Shown here piece after piece: positions 9,528 through 19,948 of a stretch of DNA of 64,000 nucleotides. The notes under the pieces were generated by a model. That model was given only the letters and a program-made list of their open reading frames with translations. It made no database searches and was not told the DNA's origin. Source of the DNA: an uncultured bacterium (GTDB lineage: Bacteria; CSSED10-310; CAZUFC01); the NCBI GenBank assembly GCA_964619725.1, contig CAZUFC010000005.1:74418-138417 (forward strand), given 5' to 3'. The translations under genes and the position numbers were made by a program. Each line of letters starts with the position of its first letter. Position 1 is the first letter of the stretch.

Positions 9528-10940
9528 ATGAAAGGGGAGACCCTTCCTGAAGAGCTTCAGGAAATTCGTTCTTTTTTGCCTGAGATGATAGGCAGACTGG
9601 AGCAGCGTCTGCCTTACGTCTCAGCATTGGTTACCGAGGAGCGGGGATCGATATTGAATATTGATACGCGTCAGGAGAGGATAATGGAAAAAGCGCCGCA
9701 ACGGGGTATTGTCTTTACTTTGTTCAACGGCAGGTTTTTTCAGGAATGGGCGACTGACAGGCTCGAAGAGGACTTTTTAAAAGACAAGACGGATGAAATG
9801 TGTGGTTTGTTCGAAAAAATGGAGGATATGGAGCCGCGTTTTGAAGTAAAGACGGGGGAGGAAAAGGACGAGCATTACGATTCGGAATTCGAGACAGACC
9901 CTGATGACGTAAAGTTGGAGGAGATGGTGACGGCGTGCCGCGATTTAATCGGCACGGTCGAATCCATGGAGCCCCGTATCGCCAATACGACGGTAAGTTA
10001 TCACGACGGCAAGGAATACAAGATATTTGCGAACAGGAAAAAGCTCCTGTCAAGTTCTTTGACCACATGCGGAATTCGATTGGTAGTGATAGGGACGCAC
10101 AAGAAGCGGACCCGGATGAATTTTATCGGATCGGGCGGCGTCGCAGGATTCGAAGCGATAAAGTTTAAAAAAGAATCTTTGCAGGAAATGATTGATGATT
10201 TGAACCTGTTGTTTGAAAGCGAACCGCCCGCGCCGGGAATTTATGACGTCATATCTTCCCCTGAAGTAAGCGGAATTCTGGCGCATGAAGCTTTCGGACA
10301 TGGCGTCGAAACCGACATGATGGTCAAGAAACGTTCTCGCGCTGCTTCTTATATGAACAAACGGGTTGCATCTTCTCTGGTCGATATGATTGACGACCCG
10401 TCGCTGAAAGGTTTAAACGGCAGTTACTTTTTTGATGATGAAGGCCAGATAGCCCGTCCCACGGTGATTATCAAAAACGGCGTATTGAAAAGGGGATTGA
10501 CGGATTTGAGGTCAGCCATGGAAATGGGATTGGAAAGATCAGCCAACGGCAGACGGGAAAGCTTCGAAAGAAAAATATATGCCCGGATGTCCAATACTTT
10601 TTTCGATTCCGGCGAATCGAGTTTCGAGGAGATGCTTGGTGACACAGACTACGGATTATATCTGAAAAAATCCAGCAGCGGCATGGAGGACCCTCAGGGT
10701 TGGGGCATACAGGTCGGCATCAATCTCGCCCGTGAAATTAAAAACGGCAAGCTGACTTCCCGGGTTTACTCGCCGCTTACGATGACTGGATATGTTCCTG
10801 ATTTATTGCAGTCCGTTACGCATGTAGGGAACAGGGTTGAATTTGCCGGCATGGGAGGAACCTGCGGCAAGGGGCACAAGGAGCTGGTAAGGGTCAGCGC
10901 CGGCGGACCCCACTTGCGTTTCAAAGTGAGGTTGGGATAA
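9528..10940 (+). CDS. tldD: TldD family metalloprotease subunit
   Basis: HEAFGHGVE, YFFDDEG, SANGRRES, RMSNT, TCGKG. Confidence 0.92.
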   Translation: MKGETLPEELQEIRSFLPEMIGRLEQRLPYVSALVTEERGSILNIDTRQERIMEKAPQRGIVFTLFNGRFFQEWATDRLEEDFLKDKTDEMCGLFEKMEDMEPRFEVKTGEEKDEHYDSEFETDPDDVKLEEMVTACRDLIGTVESMEPRIANTTVSYHDGKEYKIFANRKKLLSSSLTTCGIRLVVIGTHKKRTRMNFIGSGGVAGFEAIKFKKESLQEMIDDLNLLFESEPPAPGIYDVISSPEVSGILAHEAFGHGVETDMMVKKRSRAASYMNKRVASSLVDMIDDPSLKGLNGSYFFDDEGQIARPTVIIKNGVLKRGLTDLRSAMEMGLERSANGRRESFERKIYARMSNTFFDSGESSFEEMLGDTDYGLYLKKSSSGMEDPQGWGIQVGINLAREIKNGKLTSRVYSPLTMTGYVPDLLQSVTHVGNRVEFAGMGGTCGKGHKELVRVSAGGPHLRFKVRLG

Positions 10941-12262
10941 TGGACAGGATTTTAAATGCTCTTGAGAGGCGTTCTGAGATATCCGCCTGGCGGATCGTTC
11001 ATAAAAAAACGACGAAATATCAGCTTTACGTTATCGGTAATCTTCTGGACAATATCCGCAAAGTGGTTACGAATAAGTATCACGTAACCGTATATTGCGA
11101 TCATGATAAATTCAGGGGCGACACAACTATTACTCTGTTTGAAAACGACCTGGACAGAATAGAAGATAGATTATTGCAGGCGATATTTATAGCTTCCAGA
11201 ATAAATAATCCTGGGTATGAGTTGCCTGGTCCGGCTGATTATCCTTTTGTGGAGTGTTTTGATCCGACATTGCTGGGAGATGTTGAGGAAATACTGTTTA
11301 TGAAACTGGCAGACCGTCTGATCGAAGCTGTTGAGCAGGAGAAAGACGTGCGGCTTTCCAGTTCCGAATATTTTCTGGACCTGAATCAATTCAGGCTGAG
11401 GAACAGCAAAGGCATTGATTTAGAATTCAATCAAACCGAAATATTTTTCGACGGCGTTTTGCTTTCAGGTCGGGGAGAGAGGGAAGTGGAAATACATTTT
11501 GAGCCCAGGGCCAGAAGGCTGCAGGACCTGCCCATAGAATCCATCATTAGAACCCATGCGCAATTCGCCCGGGACAGCGTTCATGCGGAACTTCCTGCAA
11601 GCGGTCAGTATCCTGTGGCGCTGTCGGGAGAAGCATTGTCGAATATCTTCTGGGCATTGATACATCATACGTCCGCTGCTGCCCAATATCGCCGGACATC
11701 AAGCTTTGAATTAAACGATTCTGTCTATTCAACAGGAAAACCGAAGGGTGAGCCGATAACACTGATAAGCAACGGTTACTTTCCATTCGGCCTACAGACC
11801 ACGCCGGCTGACCCTGACGGCGTTCCGGCGGGCAGGCATGAACTGATCCGTGAAGGATGTTTTAAAAAAGCCTGGAGTCCCAAACAGTATGCGGATTATC
11901 TTGATATAGAGGCGACAGGTCACCTGGCCAACCTGGAAATACCTATCGGACCGACCTCCAGAAATGACCTGCTGACTCAAAACGGCCCTGTCCTTCAAAT
12001 CGTCCTCTTTTCAGGACTGCTTCCCGATCCGGTGTCAGGAGGTTTCGCCGGCGAAATAAAACTGGGTTACGAATACAATAAAGGGAAAATTACTCCCGTC
12101 AAAGGCGGTTCAGTCAGCGGAAATTTTATTTCCGGCTTTGAAAACGCTTACTTCTCTACAGAATCTCGCTCAGGTTACTACGCTCAGTCCATGGACCGGT
12201 TCGGCACTTATCACGGTCCTGATGCGATAAGGTTTGAAACGTTTCAGGTCAGCGGCAAGTGA
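10940..12262 (+). CDS. pmbA: PmbA/TldE family protein (divergent)
   Basis: Translationally coupled to tldD; DPDGVP, DPVSGGFAGEI, VKGGSVSGN; lacks HExxxH. Confidence 0.8.
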   Translation: MDRILNALERRSEISAWRIVHKKTTKYQLYVIGNLLDNIRKVVTNKYHVTVYCDHDKFRGDTTITLFENDLDRIEDRLLQAIFIASRINNPGYELPGPADYPFVECFDPTLLGDVEEILFMKLADRLIEAVEQEKDVRLSSSEYFLDLNQFRLRNSKGIDLEFNQTEIFFDGVLLSGRGEREVEIHFEPRARRLQDLPIESIIRTHAQFARDSVHAELPASGQYPVALSGEALSNIFWALIHHTSAAAQYRRTSSFELNDSVYSTGKPKGEPITLISNGYFPFGLQTTPADPDGVPAGRHELIREGCFKKAWSPKQYADYLDIEATGHLANLEIPIGPTSRNDLLTQNGPVLQIVLFSGLLPDPVSGGFAGEIKLGYEYNKGKITPVKGGSVSGNFISGFENAYFSTESRSGYYAQSMDRFGTYHGPDAIRFETFQVSGK

Positions 12263-12566
12263 ATCCGGGCAGCGCCTGTCCATAACATCAAATGCTGATT
12301 AAAATTTTGTTGCTGCCCTGCCTGTATTTTATTCGGTGAAAGGGTTTGCATGCAAGCTCTGCTTGAGTGCATGTTTTTGACTTTATAGCTTCAATGAGTT
12401 ATAAAGCACATATAAAAACTGCTGTCAGCGGTTTTCATTTTGAGGAAGGCTATCGGGTTATACTTTTTCCGTTTCATGGCGGCAAATGTGGTTCCGTTGG
12501 CATATCAACGCAGGGCGATATTTTTTCTTTTATTGCCGGACCAAATGAGGAAATTGAGGGAGAAGG

Positions 12567-13550
12567 ATGCGTATACGTTTTTTAAAAACAATTATATTTT
12601 CGCTGATTTTGACGACATGTTCTGTGGAAGCATGGTGGAATTCAAGCTGGCTGTATCGAAAACCGATAGAGCTGACGAATTCCGGATCGGCGACGAGTGA
12701 TCATCAGATAAAGATAATCGTCGATACGGCTTCATTGGTTGCGGCGGGAAAGATGCAATCTGACGGCGATGACATTCGCGTTCTGGCTGCGGATGATTCG
12801 ACTCAGCTATCGCTATGGATCGAACCTGGGACAATGAATACGTCCCAAACGGTACTCTGGACGAAAGCGCCCAGTATTCCCATGGGCGATTCGACGATTT
12901 TTATGTATTACGGGAATGATCAGGCCAGCGGTGTGAGTAATGTTCAAAATGTAGTGATGAGGATCATCGGATCGCTTGATGCACTGTATCATTTTGACGG
13001 TAATTTCAATGATTTTTCCGGGAACGGACGGCATTTGACCAATCACGGCATCAGTTTTTCAAGCAGCGGAAAGCATGGTCAGTCATTAAGTCTGGACGGG
13101 AACAATGATTATGCCTGGAGCGATGATTGGGTAGATGGGCGCTACAACAACAATAATCCGTGCGGAGGCGATCCATGGAAAGCCTGGCCGATTACTCTGG
13201 CAGCCTGGATAAATCCCGATCAGCAGGCAGGAATGAAGATTATCGCAGACCGTCATTCTGACAGTAATAACTGGCAATACTCGCTTCAATTGAATTCTAA
13301 CGGTCAGGCGCAAAGTTGGGTGCATACTTACGGCGGGCCGACTCAACATCATGAGCTGGGTAGTTATTCAACGGGTTCATGGAATTTTGCGGCGATGTAT
13401 TACCGGGACCAATGCCAGAGATATCCTCCGTTAAGGGTATTCCTAAACGGAAGCTACACCGACGAGAGAGGCGGAACCAACGGATTGCATTACAATCAGG
13501 GAACCAGGTTTCAGATCGGCGATGTAATCCAGAGTGAATTATACATGTAG
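12567..13550 (+). CDS. secreted DUF2341 + LamG-like protein, probably C-terminally truncated
   Basis: WWNSSWLYRKPI, MQSDGDDIRV, IFMYYGN (DUF2341); LYHFDGNFNDFSGNG...TLAAWINP...VFLNG (LamG), stopping just after IGD. Confidence 0.75.
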   Translation: MRIRFLKTIIFSLILTTCSVEAWWNSSWLYRKPIELTNSGSATSDHQIKIIVDTASLVAAGKMQSDGDDIRVLAADDSTQLSLWIEPGTMNTSQTVLWTKAPSIPMGDSTIFMYYGNDQASGVSNVQNVVMRIIGSLDALYHFDGNFNDFSGNGRHLTNHGISFSSSGKHGQSLSLDGNNDYAWSDDWVDGRYNNNNPCGGDPWKAWPITLAAWINPDQQAGMKIIADRHSDSNNWQYSLQLNSNGQAQSWVHTYGGPTQHHELGSYSTGSWNFAAMYYRDQCQRYPPLRVFLNGSYTDERGGTNGLHYNQGTRFQIGDVIQSELYM

Positions 13551-13805
13551 TCGTGATCGTGAAATCGTTATCGAAGGATCTTATGCTCATAGGTCATGCA
13601 GCCGAATCGTGAAAAGCGCAGAAATTTTTTCTTCGACCCGGTTGGCGTTCCGTTGAACGTGAGGGGCCAGAAAAAAACGGGTACCGTTTAACAGCTTCTT
13701 TTGATCGATGCCTTGGGAACAACGACAGTTGTCCAGTCCGCTTCCGGGAAATAAACGTTTGCAGATTGTTGATATGGATTTTTTCAGCTCATGTTAATAT
13801 CGGAG

Positions 13806-15224
13806 TTATGTTTTGGTCCATTCCAGCAAGCCGCGTTCTTTCGGGGTTCCCGGTATCGTATTGTCCAGGATAAAAGCTAATATACCGCCGACGGCCATGC
13901 CCGTATTTCCGATTGTGTTGACAATGTCGGCGAGCCATTGGGCTGAGTCCCAGGTCAGCGGATTATTTGCAAAGTATTGGGGAAGACTCAATCCCATGAA
14001 GAAAGAGAATCCGACAATGAAGAGATTACGAGGTGAATTCAAGTCGACGAACTGCAGATTCGAAATGCCGACGGCTACGATCATTCCAAACAGGGCACAA
14101 TACTTTCCGCCGACGATGGGCTTGGGTATCGTTGTAAAAATAGCGCCGAATTTGGCGACGGCGCCGAAGAAAATCATCAGAACAGCGCCGGACTTCACTA
14201 CCCTCCTGGATGCGATCCGGGTTAATCCGATAGCACCGATATTTTCAGAATAGGACGTGGTGCCGTTCCCGGTTCCCATAATGCCGGCAAAAAGGCTGCC
14301 TAAACCTTCCATGCCTATTCCTTTGCTGATGACTTTTTCCGATGGATTAGGCGCCTGGGACATTCTGGCGCAGGCGTAGTAATCGCCTACGGATTCAATC
14401 ATGGAGGCGATATAACCTGAAATGATTCCGACGAATCCCGCAAAAGTGAAAACCGGCCATCCCCATTGAAAGGGATAAGGGATTCGGAACCACGAAGACT
14501 GAACGACGCATTCCAGGTCGACGAATGACGGATCGCCCGGCTGAAAGAAACCGGTAACGCTCCCGATCATGGCTATCAGCCAGCTCAATGCAATGGCGAT
14601 CAAAACCGGGAACATCTCAAAGTAACGATGTACCCTTCTCATATACTGAGCGAAAAGGATAATCAAAACAATGGTTAAACCGCCGATACGCCAGTCTTTT
14701 CCGGCATCGGGAGCGCCGAATTGAAACAGCGTCAATCCTATCAGGGCTATCGTCGGCGCGATGGTAATAGGGCCGATCCGTTTTTTCAGTTTGCCTATTA
14801 GTCCGGAATACCCGAAAAGTATCTCAAAAAAAGCGCCGGAAATGACGGCTCCCTGCACATGCTGCATTCGCACTTCCCATCCGGCGGTCTTCAAGGCCGC
14901 AGAAGAACAAATGGCAATAGCCGGCGCCAGAAGGGCAAATGTTCCGCCCTGGATGATAGGAAGCCTGTTTCCCCAGGTAATCTGCATTATGGTGGTTATT
15001 CCTGACACGAAAAACATAGTGGCGATCAATTTGGCCAAATCGTGAGGATCGTTTATTCCCAGAGGTCCGGAAAGAATCAGAGGTATGGAAACAGTCGCTC
15101 CAAACATCGTCAGATAATGCTGCAAACCCAGGAAAAGACTCTGAGCAAACGGCGGTTTATCGTCGATCGTGTAAATCATGCCGGATGATTTTACTTCTGC
15201 TCCTGAAGTATCTTTCTTCATCAT
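13806..15224 (-). CDS. NCS2/SLC23 nucleobase (purine/pyrimidine) permease
   Basis: LGLQHYLTMFG, ESVGDY, SYSENIGAIGLTRIASRRV (NAT motif), DLNSPRNLFIVG. Confidence 0.93.
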   Translation of the reverse strand: MMKKDTSGAEVKSSGMIYTIDDKPPFAQSLFLGLQHYLTMFGATVSIPLILSGPLGINDPHDLAKLIATMFFVSGITTIMQITWGNRLPIIQGGTFALLAPAIAICSSAALKTAGWEVRMQHVQGAVISGAFFEILFGYSGLIGKLKKRIGPITIAPTIALIGLTLFQFGAPDAGKDWRIGGLTIVLIILFAQYMRRVHRYFEMFPVLIAIALSWLIAMIGSVTGFFQPGDPSFVDLECVVQSSWFRIPYPFQWGWPVFTFAGFVGIISGYIASMIESVGDYYACARMSQAPNPSEKVISKGIGMEGLGSLFAGIMGTGNGTTSYSENIGAIGLTRIASRRVVKSGAVLMIFFGAVAKFGAIFTTIPKPIVGGKYCALFGMIVAVGISNLQFVDLNSPRNLFIVGFSFFMGLSLPQYFANNPLTWDSAQWLADIVNTIGNTGMAVGGILAFILDNTIPGTPKERGLLEWTKT

Positions 15225-15380
15225 TCTTGTCTCCTGTGGAGGTTCAAGGTTATTATGCGAGAGTTGTCATTAACAGTCAACGGTTTTTTCTTTTTTTACA
15301 TTTTGTTATAATAGAAAAAGTAAAGACAGGATTGAGGCATGCATGCTTGCTTGCAGTGATTGATGCAAAGGAGGCGAACA

Positions 15381-17519
15381 ATGAGAACAGTTAGCTTTTT
15401 TAATGCAGGCGTATTTTTCAGCGCCGTCGTCGTTTTTTTGATCATCATGCAGAATGCAGGTTATGCCGATAAAGGTGGGTTGGAAGACAACATGTATGGA
15501 TTCGTAAGTTATGGAGGCGACGAGAGTCCTCCGCTGGATGATGCGCCGGCGGTCATACGTTCGCTGGGAGCGGGGTGGCTTCAGTCTGAAGGCCCTGTTA
15601 CTTTCAGCAGGGGAGCATGCTGGGGATTGATTCAGCCGGAGAATTTGTACGACTTTGATTGGGATACTGTGGAATGGGTAAATGCAGCGGCAGCAGAAGG
15701 GCTTGGTGTTTTGATGGTCGTTGCTCCGGGCCATGATTCAGCGACAGTCGATAATTACAGTCCCTGGACCGACTGCGGCGGCGCCGGTCCAGTATGGCCG
15801 ACGAGCAATTGTCCGCCGGGGGATTACCAGCAATGGTATGAATTCTGTTATGCCGTCGGCGAACATTTTGACGGGGAGCATGGCGCTCCCCGCATCGATT
15901 ATTACATGACAACCGGCGAAACGGACGATGTAAATTACTGGCTGGGAAGCGCTGAACAGTACTACGGAGGTTCTGAAGCGACTGTTGTAACGAGGCGAAA
16001 CAATATGGGTCAGGTTGAATTGCCCGCTGCGCTGGTCCCTGTGCTGGAACTTGGAATAAAAGATGCGAATCCTGATGCGAAAATTGTGGTAGGAGCTTGC
16101 ACAGCCTGGCGATCATACGCATGGAATCATTTGAAGGATATGATCGACAGCGGCGCTTCTGAGGATGAAGTGACGACGCAGGCTAAACGATATGGCCTTA
16201 CCGACTCCTTTGCCCAACTTGTGAACAGGTTGGAAAACGATCCGCTCGTCAGGAGATCGGTGGAATTTCTATGGGCGAGCTTATCCATGCCTCAACATTA
16301 TGATATCTATGGAGCGCATTACTATGCCATGCATGGATATCATGATGCCATTTCCTATCTTCTTGATCAAATGGAGGAATCTGCCGTCAACAAACCAGTC
16401 TGGATGACGGGCGAAGGAAGGCCTTTCTCCGGCGATGCAGCGGGTCATCTGAAAAGCGCGGACCTCCATTTAAGGCGCATAATCTATTCGCATGCCCTCG
16501 GTCTTGACTGGCACGACGTTTCATTCCTGGTCGACGTCGTTCTTTTTAATTGCTGCGGAATGTACAAGCTGCCTCAGGCCGGCAGGGATTATCCCGCCAG
16601 ACGTCCGCTTGCGGATACTTTTCGTCTGATGGCTCACCTGTTCCCCTCAGCCGGTTGCGCTACGCCTCAAGATGTCGAATCTCCTTATGCTGATACGGAA
16701 CTTTTTTCCTTTTCCGTTCAGCATCCCGGTACGGGATATGCCGGAGGCGCAGCGGCAGGATGGTGCGAAAACACCTGTCCGGAATTTTCGAGTATAGGAA
16801 TGTGGTGTACTGAAGGTTGTCCGAAGCCGGAAATCGATATCAGCGCTGTTCTGGATATCTCTGACGGAACGGCAGTAACAGTCCTGGATGCTGCTGGAGA
16901 AATCATCGAACATAACGACGACGGATATTGCCCGGTCGTTTTCGATGAGTCTCCATTCGTTGCCGTTTGGGGACCGGACCGTGACGGCGATGAGATTCCC
17001 GATATACTGGATAATTGTCCTGAAACTTCCAATCAGGATCAAACCAATAATCCGGCAGAACATCTGGAGGGAAACGGGAATCCGCAAATTCCCGCTCCCG
17101 ACTGGATCGGCGATGCCTGCGATCCCTGTCCTGACGACGGTCATCCCGATTGCGGTCAAACGTGCGATACGACGGGAGTGGTACTATCTATGCCCACTCA
17201 ATGGTTTACTCCCGGAGACAACTGCTTTTTGACCGCTTCCGTCTGCAACGCATCAACCGCAGACCTGAACGGCAATCCGCTCTTCGTTATACTGGACGTA
17301 TACGGCCAATACTGGTTCGCCCCCGGATGGACAGAAACCCCCGACGCCTATTCCCGAAACTATGAACCGGGACTCACCGTCATATCGGTCATCAATCCGT
17401 TCCAGTGGCCGCAAAATACGGGAACCGCCGAAAATATTTTCTTTCATGCAGCACTTACCGATCCCGGAATCACTACCATACTGGGAGAAATGAGCTCCTG
17501 GCGCTTCGGATGGGAATGA
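15381..17519 (+). CDS. secreted glycoside-hydrolase-like protein with thrombospondin type 3-like repeat and shared C-terminal domain
   Basis: Signal peptide after AAGGAGG; CWGLIQP, GETD, KPVWMTGEG (GH-A clan-like); DRDGDEIPDILDNCP...IGDACDPC (TSP3); shared CTD at 17163-17519. Confidence 0.75.
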   Translation: MRTVSFFNAGVFFSAVVVFLIIMQNAGYADKGGLEDNMYGFVSYGGDESPPLDDAPAVIRSLGAGWLQSEGPVTFSRGACWGLIQPENLYDFDWDTVEWVNAAAAEGLGVLMVVAPGHDSATVDNYSPWTDCGGAGPVWPTSNCPPGDYQQWYEFCYAVGEHFDGEHGAPRIDYYMTTGETDDVNYWLGSAEQYYGGSEATVVTRRNNMGQVELPAALVPVLELGIKDANPDAKIVVGACTAWRSYAWNHLKDMIDSGASEDEVTTQAKRYGLTDSFAQLVNRLENDPLVRRSVEFLWASLSMPQHYDIYGAHYYAMHGYHDAISYLLDQMEESAVNKPVWMTGEGRPFSGDAAGHLKSADLHLRRIIYSHALGLDWHDVSFLVDVVLFNCCGMYKLPQAGRDYPARRPLADTFRLMAHLFPSAGCATPQDVESPYADTELFSFSVQHPGTGYAGGAAAGWCENTCPEFSSIGMWCTEGCPKPEIDISAVLDISDGTAVTVLDAAGEIIEHNDDGYCPVVFDESPFVAVWGPDRDGDEIPDILDNCPETSNQDQTNNPAEHLEGNGNPQIPAPDWIGDACDPCPDDGHPDCGQTCDTTGVVLSMPTQWFTPGDNCFLTASVCNASTADLNGNPLFVILDVYGQYWFAPGWTETPDAYSRNYEPGLTVISVINPFQWPQNTGTAENIFFHAALTDPGITTILGEMSSWRFGWE

Positions 17520-17555
17520 CCGAAAAAATCGTAGTGTTCTATCGGCAGCCAAGGG

Positions 17556-17576
17556 TTTGCGAAGGGCTCTGACCCC
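17556..17576 (-). repeat. REP-like repeat GGGGTCAGAGCCCTTCGCAAA
   Basis: Exact reverse-complement copy; further copies at 21868, 22800, 31471, 45673, 45818, 45906, 47332. Confidence 0.75.
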
Positions 17577-17809
17577 GGCGGCGACCCGCTACTGCGGTCC
17601 TTTCCGTCCTTTTAAAAAAATTGGATTTCGACAAGACAGGCTTGGATACGGGGATATCGGAAATACCATTCCAAACGAATTCTCCTGGCCCGTTATGGGC
17701 TGAAACTAAATACAGGGACTGAAATTTCGGTGCGCTCTGCAAAACGAAGAAATAAATTGTATCAGGGGCGATTAGTATATGATTGAATTCGGGTAGGGGT
17801 TTTAATGAT

Positions 17810-17894
17810 AAGGGACAAAGGGACAAAAGGACCAAAGGACCAAAGGACCTAAGGGACCTAAGGGACCTAAGGGACCTAAGGGACTGAAGGGACT
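17810..17894. repeat. tandem 8-9-bp repeat (AAGGGACCT/AAGGACCA), about 10 units
   Basis: Directly visible array in the intergenic region. Confidence 0.85.
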
Positions 17895-17950
17895 TCTGGA
17901 ATACAAAATCATTTGCACATGCAAAAAACCGTCATCTGAAAATTAACCGT

Positions 17951-18395
17951 CTTAAGAAAGAAACTAAATTTTGGGACTGATCAAAACGTGGTTATACTTT
18001 TTTCAAAACGTTTGACGGTTTGTTTAAGTAATCGGGGTTGGGGTCGGTATCGGGGTCGGGGTTAGGGTCGGGGTCGGGATCGTCATCGAAACAAAATGAT
18101 GGGATATTTGAAAGAATTGTAACCTCAAAAGACGCATTTTTGATCAATGCCGGAATTTTTGGACTGATCCTACCGGCGCTGCTCTTTTCCATAAAACCTT
18201 TGACTGATTGTAATCCCCATAAAAAAACTGATTCTCGCCCACAATTATCTGTTTGACCAATTCACTGCTGTTTTTCATCAATGACCGTTTTTTTCGATAC
18301 CGACATCAACCCGCTATTTCCGAAACAAATCGTCAAACGTTTTGAAAAAGGCGAACCCCCGGTTTGGTCAGTCCCAAAATTTTTGTTCCCTTAAG
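17951..18395. mobile_element. MITE-like element with ~100-bp imperfect terminal inverted repeats
   Basis: Left CTTAAG..AAATTTTGGGACTGATCAAAAC..CTTTTTTCAAAACGTTTGACGGTTTGTTT..GTCGGTATCG matches the reverse complement of 18296-18395; no transposase. Confidence 0.65.
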
Positions 18396-18565
18396 CCAGG
18401 TCGCTCCTTCTTCGCGCAGATTCACGGACGATAAACTCTTCACACAGTGCATCCGGCAGGTCTTTGACGCCGACGAAAACATTTGTTTATCCAGGAAAGC
18501 AGAACGCCTTTCTTCCATCCTGCTGGACGGAAGAAAGGCGTTCTAAGGTTTATGAACCGCTTTTA

Positions 18566-19948
18566 TCAAGGATGCCAGTCGAAGCTGACGGTGTCCAGCT
18601 CGCCGATGATATCGGTAATTTCAGGATTAGTCGCCCCGGCATACCATGTCGCTGTCCCGCTGCCGGCTCCTGAAGGCCACACGAAGGGGTCCAGCACATT
18701 TATCAGCGTTTCTCCGGGGTTCAGGTCGTACGTGTAATGATCGAAGCTGGAAAATGAGGGAGCGAAGAAGTATTCGCCGTACACGTCGAGAATGGCGAAA
18801 ACGGGCGTTTCTTCCATCGTCGTTGCATTGGTATTGCAAAACGTTACGTTGCAGTAGTACTCGTCGCCTGCGCCGAAATCTGTTTCGGGCAGTTCAATTG
18901 AGCAGCCCAGGGTTGAACAGCTCGAAGGTTCTTCGCTGATCACGATCCCTACCGGTGATGCGTTATAACCAGGTTCGGTATTCAGGTCCACTGAGTCCGC
19001 ATAGGTTAAACTTTCGCCGCTGACGTCGTATGCATAACATTCATCTTCATTATGCTCCGTGACGTAAATCCGGCTGCCTGCCGCGTTGACGGCTATTCTT
19101 CTCGGATTGCTGGGAATATCGGCTGAAGATACTATCGTCTCGTCGCTCAACCTCATCATGTTCACCACCGCATCAACACCCAGGTAGTGACCTATGAACA
19201 AATATTCGCCGTCAGGCGATATTCCTATGCCTCGAGGCTTCATTTCATCTGTCGTTATGGGCGCCAGCGCCTCGTCGTCCGATGTTCTTATCACTTCAAT
19301 CTGATCCTCCGCCATATTGCTGACGTAAACGCGGCTGTCGTCAGGGGTGATTACCGCATCCTGAAGAGCATATCCGTCGAAGTCAAGAACGGTCGTTACA
19401 GTATTATCAGAGGTCCTCAAAACATAAACGTCCGCATTCTGATAATCCACGATGTAGGCTTTTTCTCCGTCTGAAGTAAAAACGATGAAATTAGGACGGC
19501 CGCCTATGGATACGGTGTCGACGTAAGCCGCTGTCGAGGCGTTATATATACCTATTTCCCCCGTTTCCTCAAACGTTACGTATGCTTGATTCCCGTCCGG
19601 CGTGATAGCCGCGCCCATCGGACGGTTTAAAATTATATCCCCAAGGTCGATCGTTGTGATGCTGGTGAATGTCTCCGTGTCGATCAGCATTATATATTCC
19701 CGTGGTGGGCAAGTCACCCATAAACGCGATCTGTCCGGCGTTATCGCCACCGTGTGCGCATTATCATACAATTGCAGCGTATCCACTATTTCGAGATCGT
19801 CCGCATTCAGCTTCGCCAGAGTCGCCCAATAGGGACTGTCGCCGTGAACATACGAATTCACCACGTAAACATAGTCCTGTGCCGATACCGACACTACGGT
19901 CAACAAGACCGCCGCCGTCATTATCATTATTGCTCTCATTCTCATCAT
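18566..19948 (-). CDS. secreted YncE/YVTN-type beta-propeller protein with shared C-terminal domain
   Basis: Signal peptide; repeats AITPDRSRLWV, AITPDGNQAYV, ITPDDSRVYV, ISPDGEYLF; shared CTD at 18566-18919. Confidence 0.87.
   Translation of the reverse strand: MMRMRAIMIMTAAVLLTVVSVSAQDYVYVVNSYVHGDSPYWATLAKLNADDLEIVDTLQLYDNAHTVAITPDRSRLWVTCPPREYIMLIDTETFTSITTIDLGDIILNRPMGAAITPDGNQAYVTFEETGEIGIYNASTAAYVDTVSIGGRPNFIVFTSDGEKAYIVDYQNADVYVLRTSDNTVTTVLDFDGYALQDAVITPDDSRVYVSNMAEDQIEVIRTSDDEALAPITTDEMKPRGIGISPDGEYLFIGHYLGVDAVVNMMRLSDETIVSSADIPSNPRRIAVNAAGSRIYVTEHNEDECYAYDVSGESLTYADSVDLNTEPGYNASPVGIVISEEPSSCSTLGCSIELPETDFGAGDEYYCNVTFCNTNATTMEETPVFAILDVYGEYFFAPSFSSFDHYTYDLNPGETLINVLDPFVWPSGAGSGTATWYAGATNPEITDIIGELDTVSFDWHP

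Noticed and set aside
14090-14120. Lys in a TM segment of the NCS2 permease (GGKYCALFG) as a sign of pseudogenisation
   Set aside because: A single substitution in an otherwise intact ORF is insufficient evidence.
17992-18256. ORFs with DPDPDP/GSGSGS runs (also 60006-60738 and 63407-63829)
   Set aside because: These are translations of non-coding repeat arrays.
17810-18395. Possible CRISPR array
   Set aside because: Units are 6-9 bp and tandem, with no unique spacers and no cas genes in the window.
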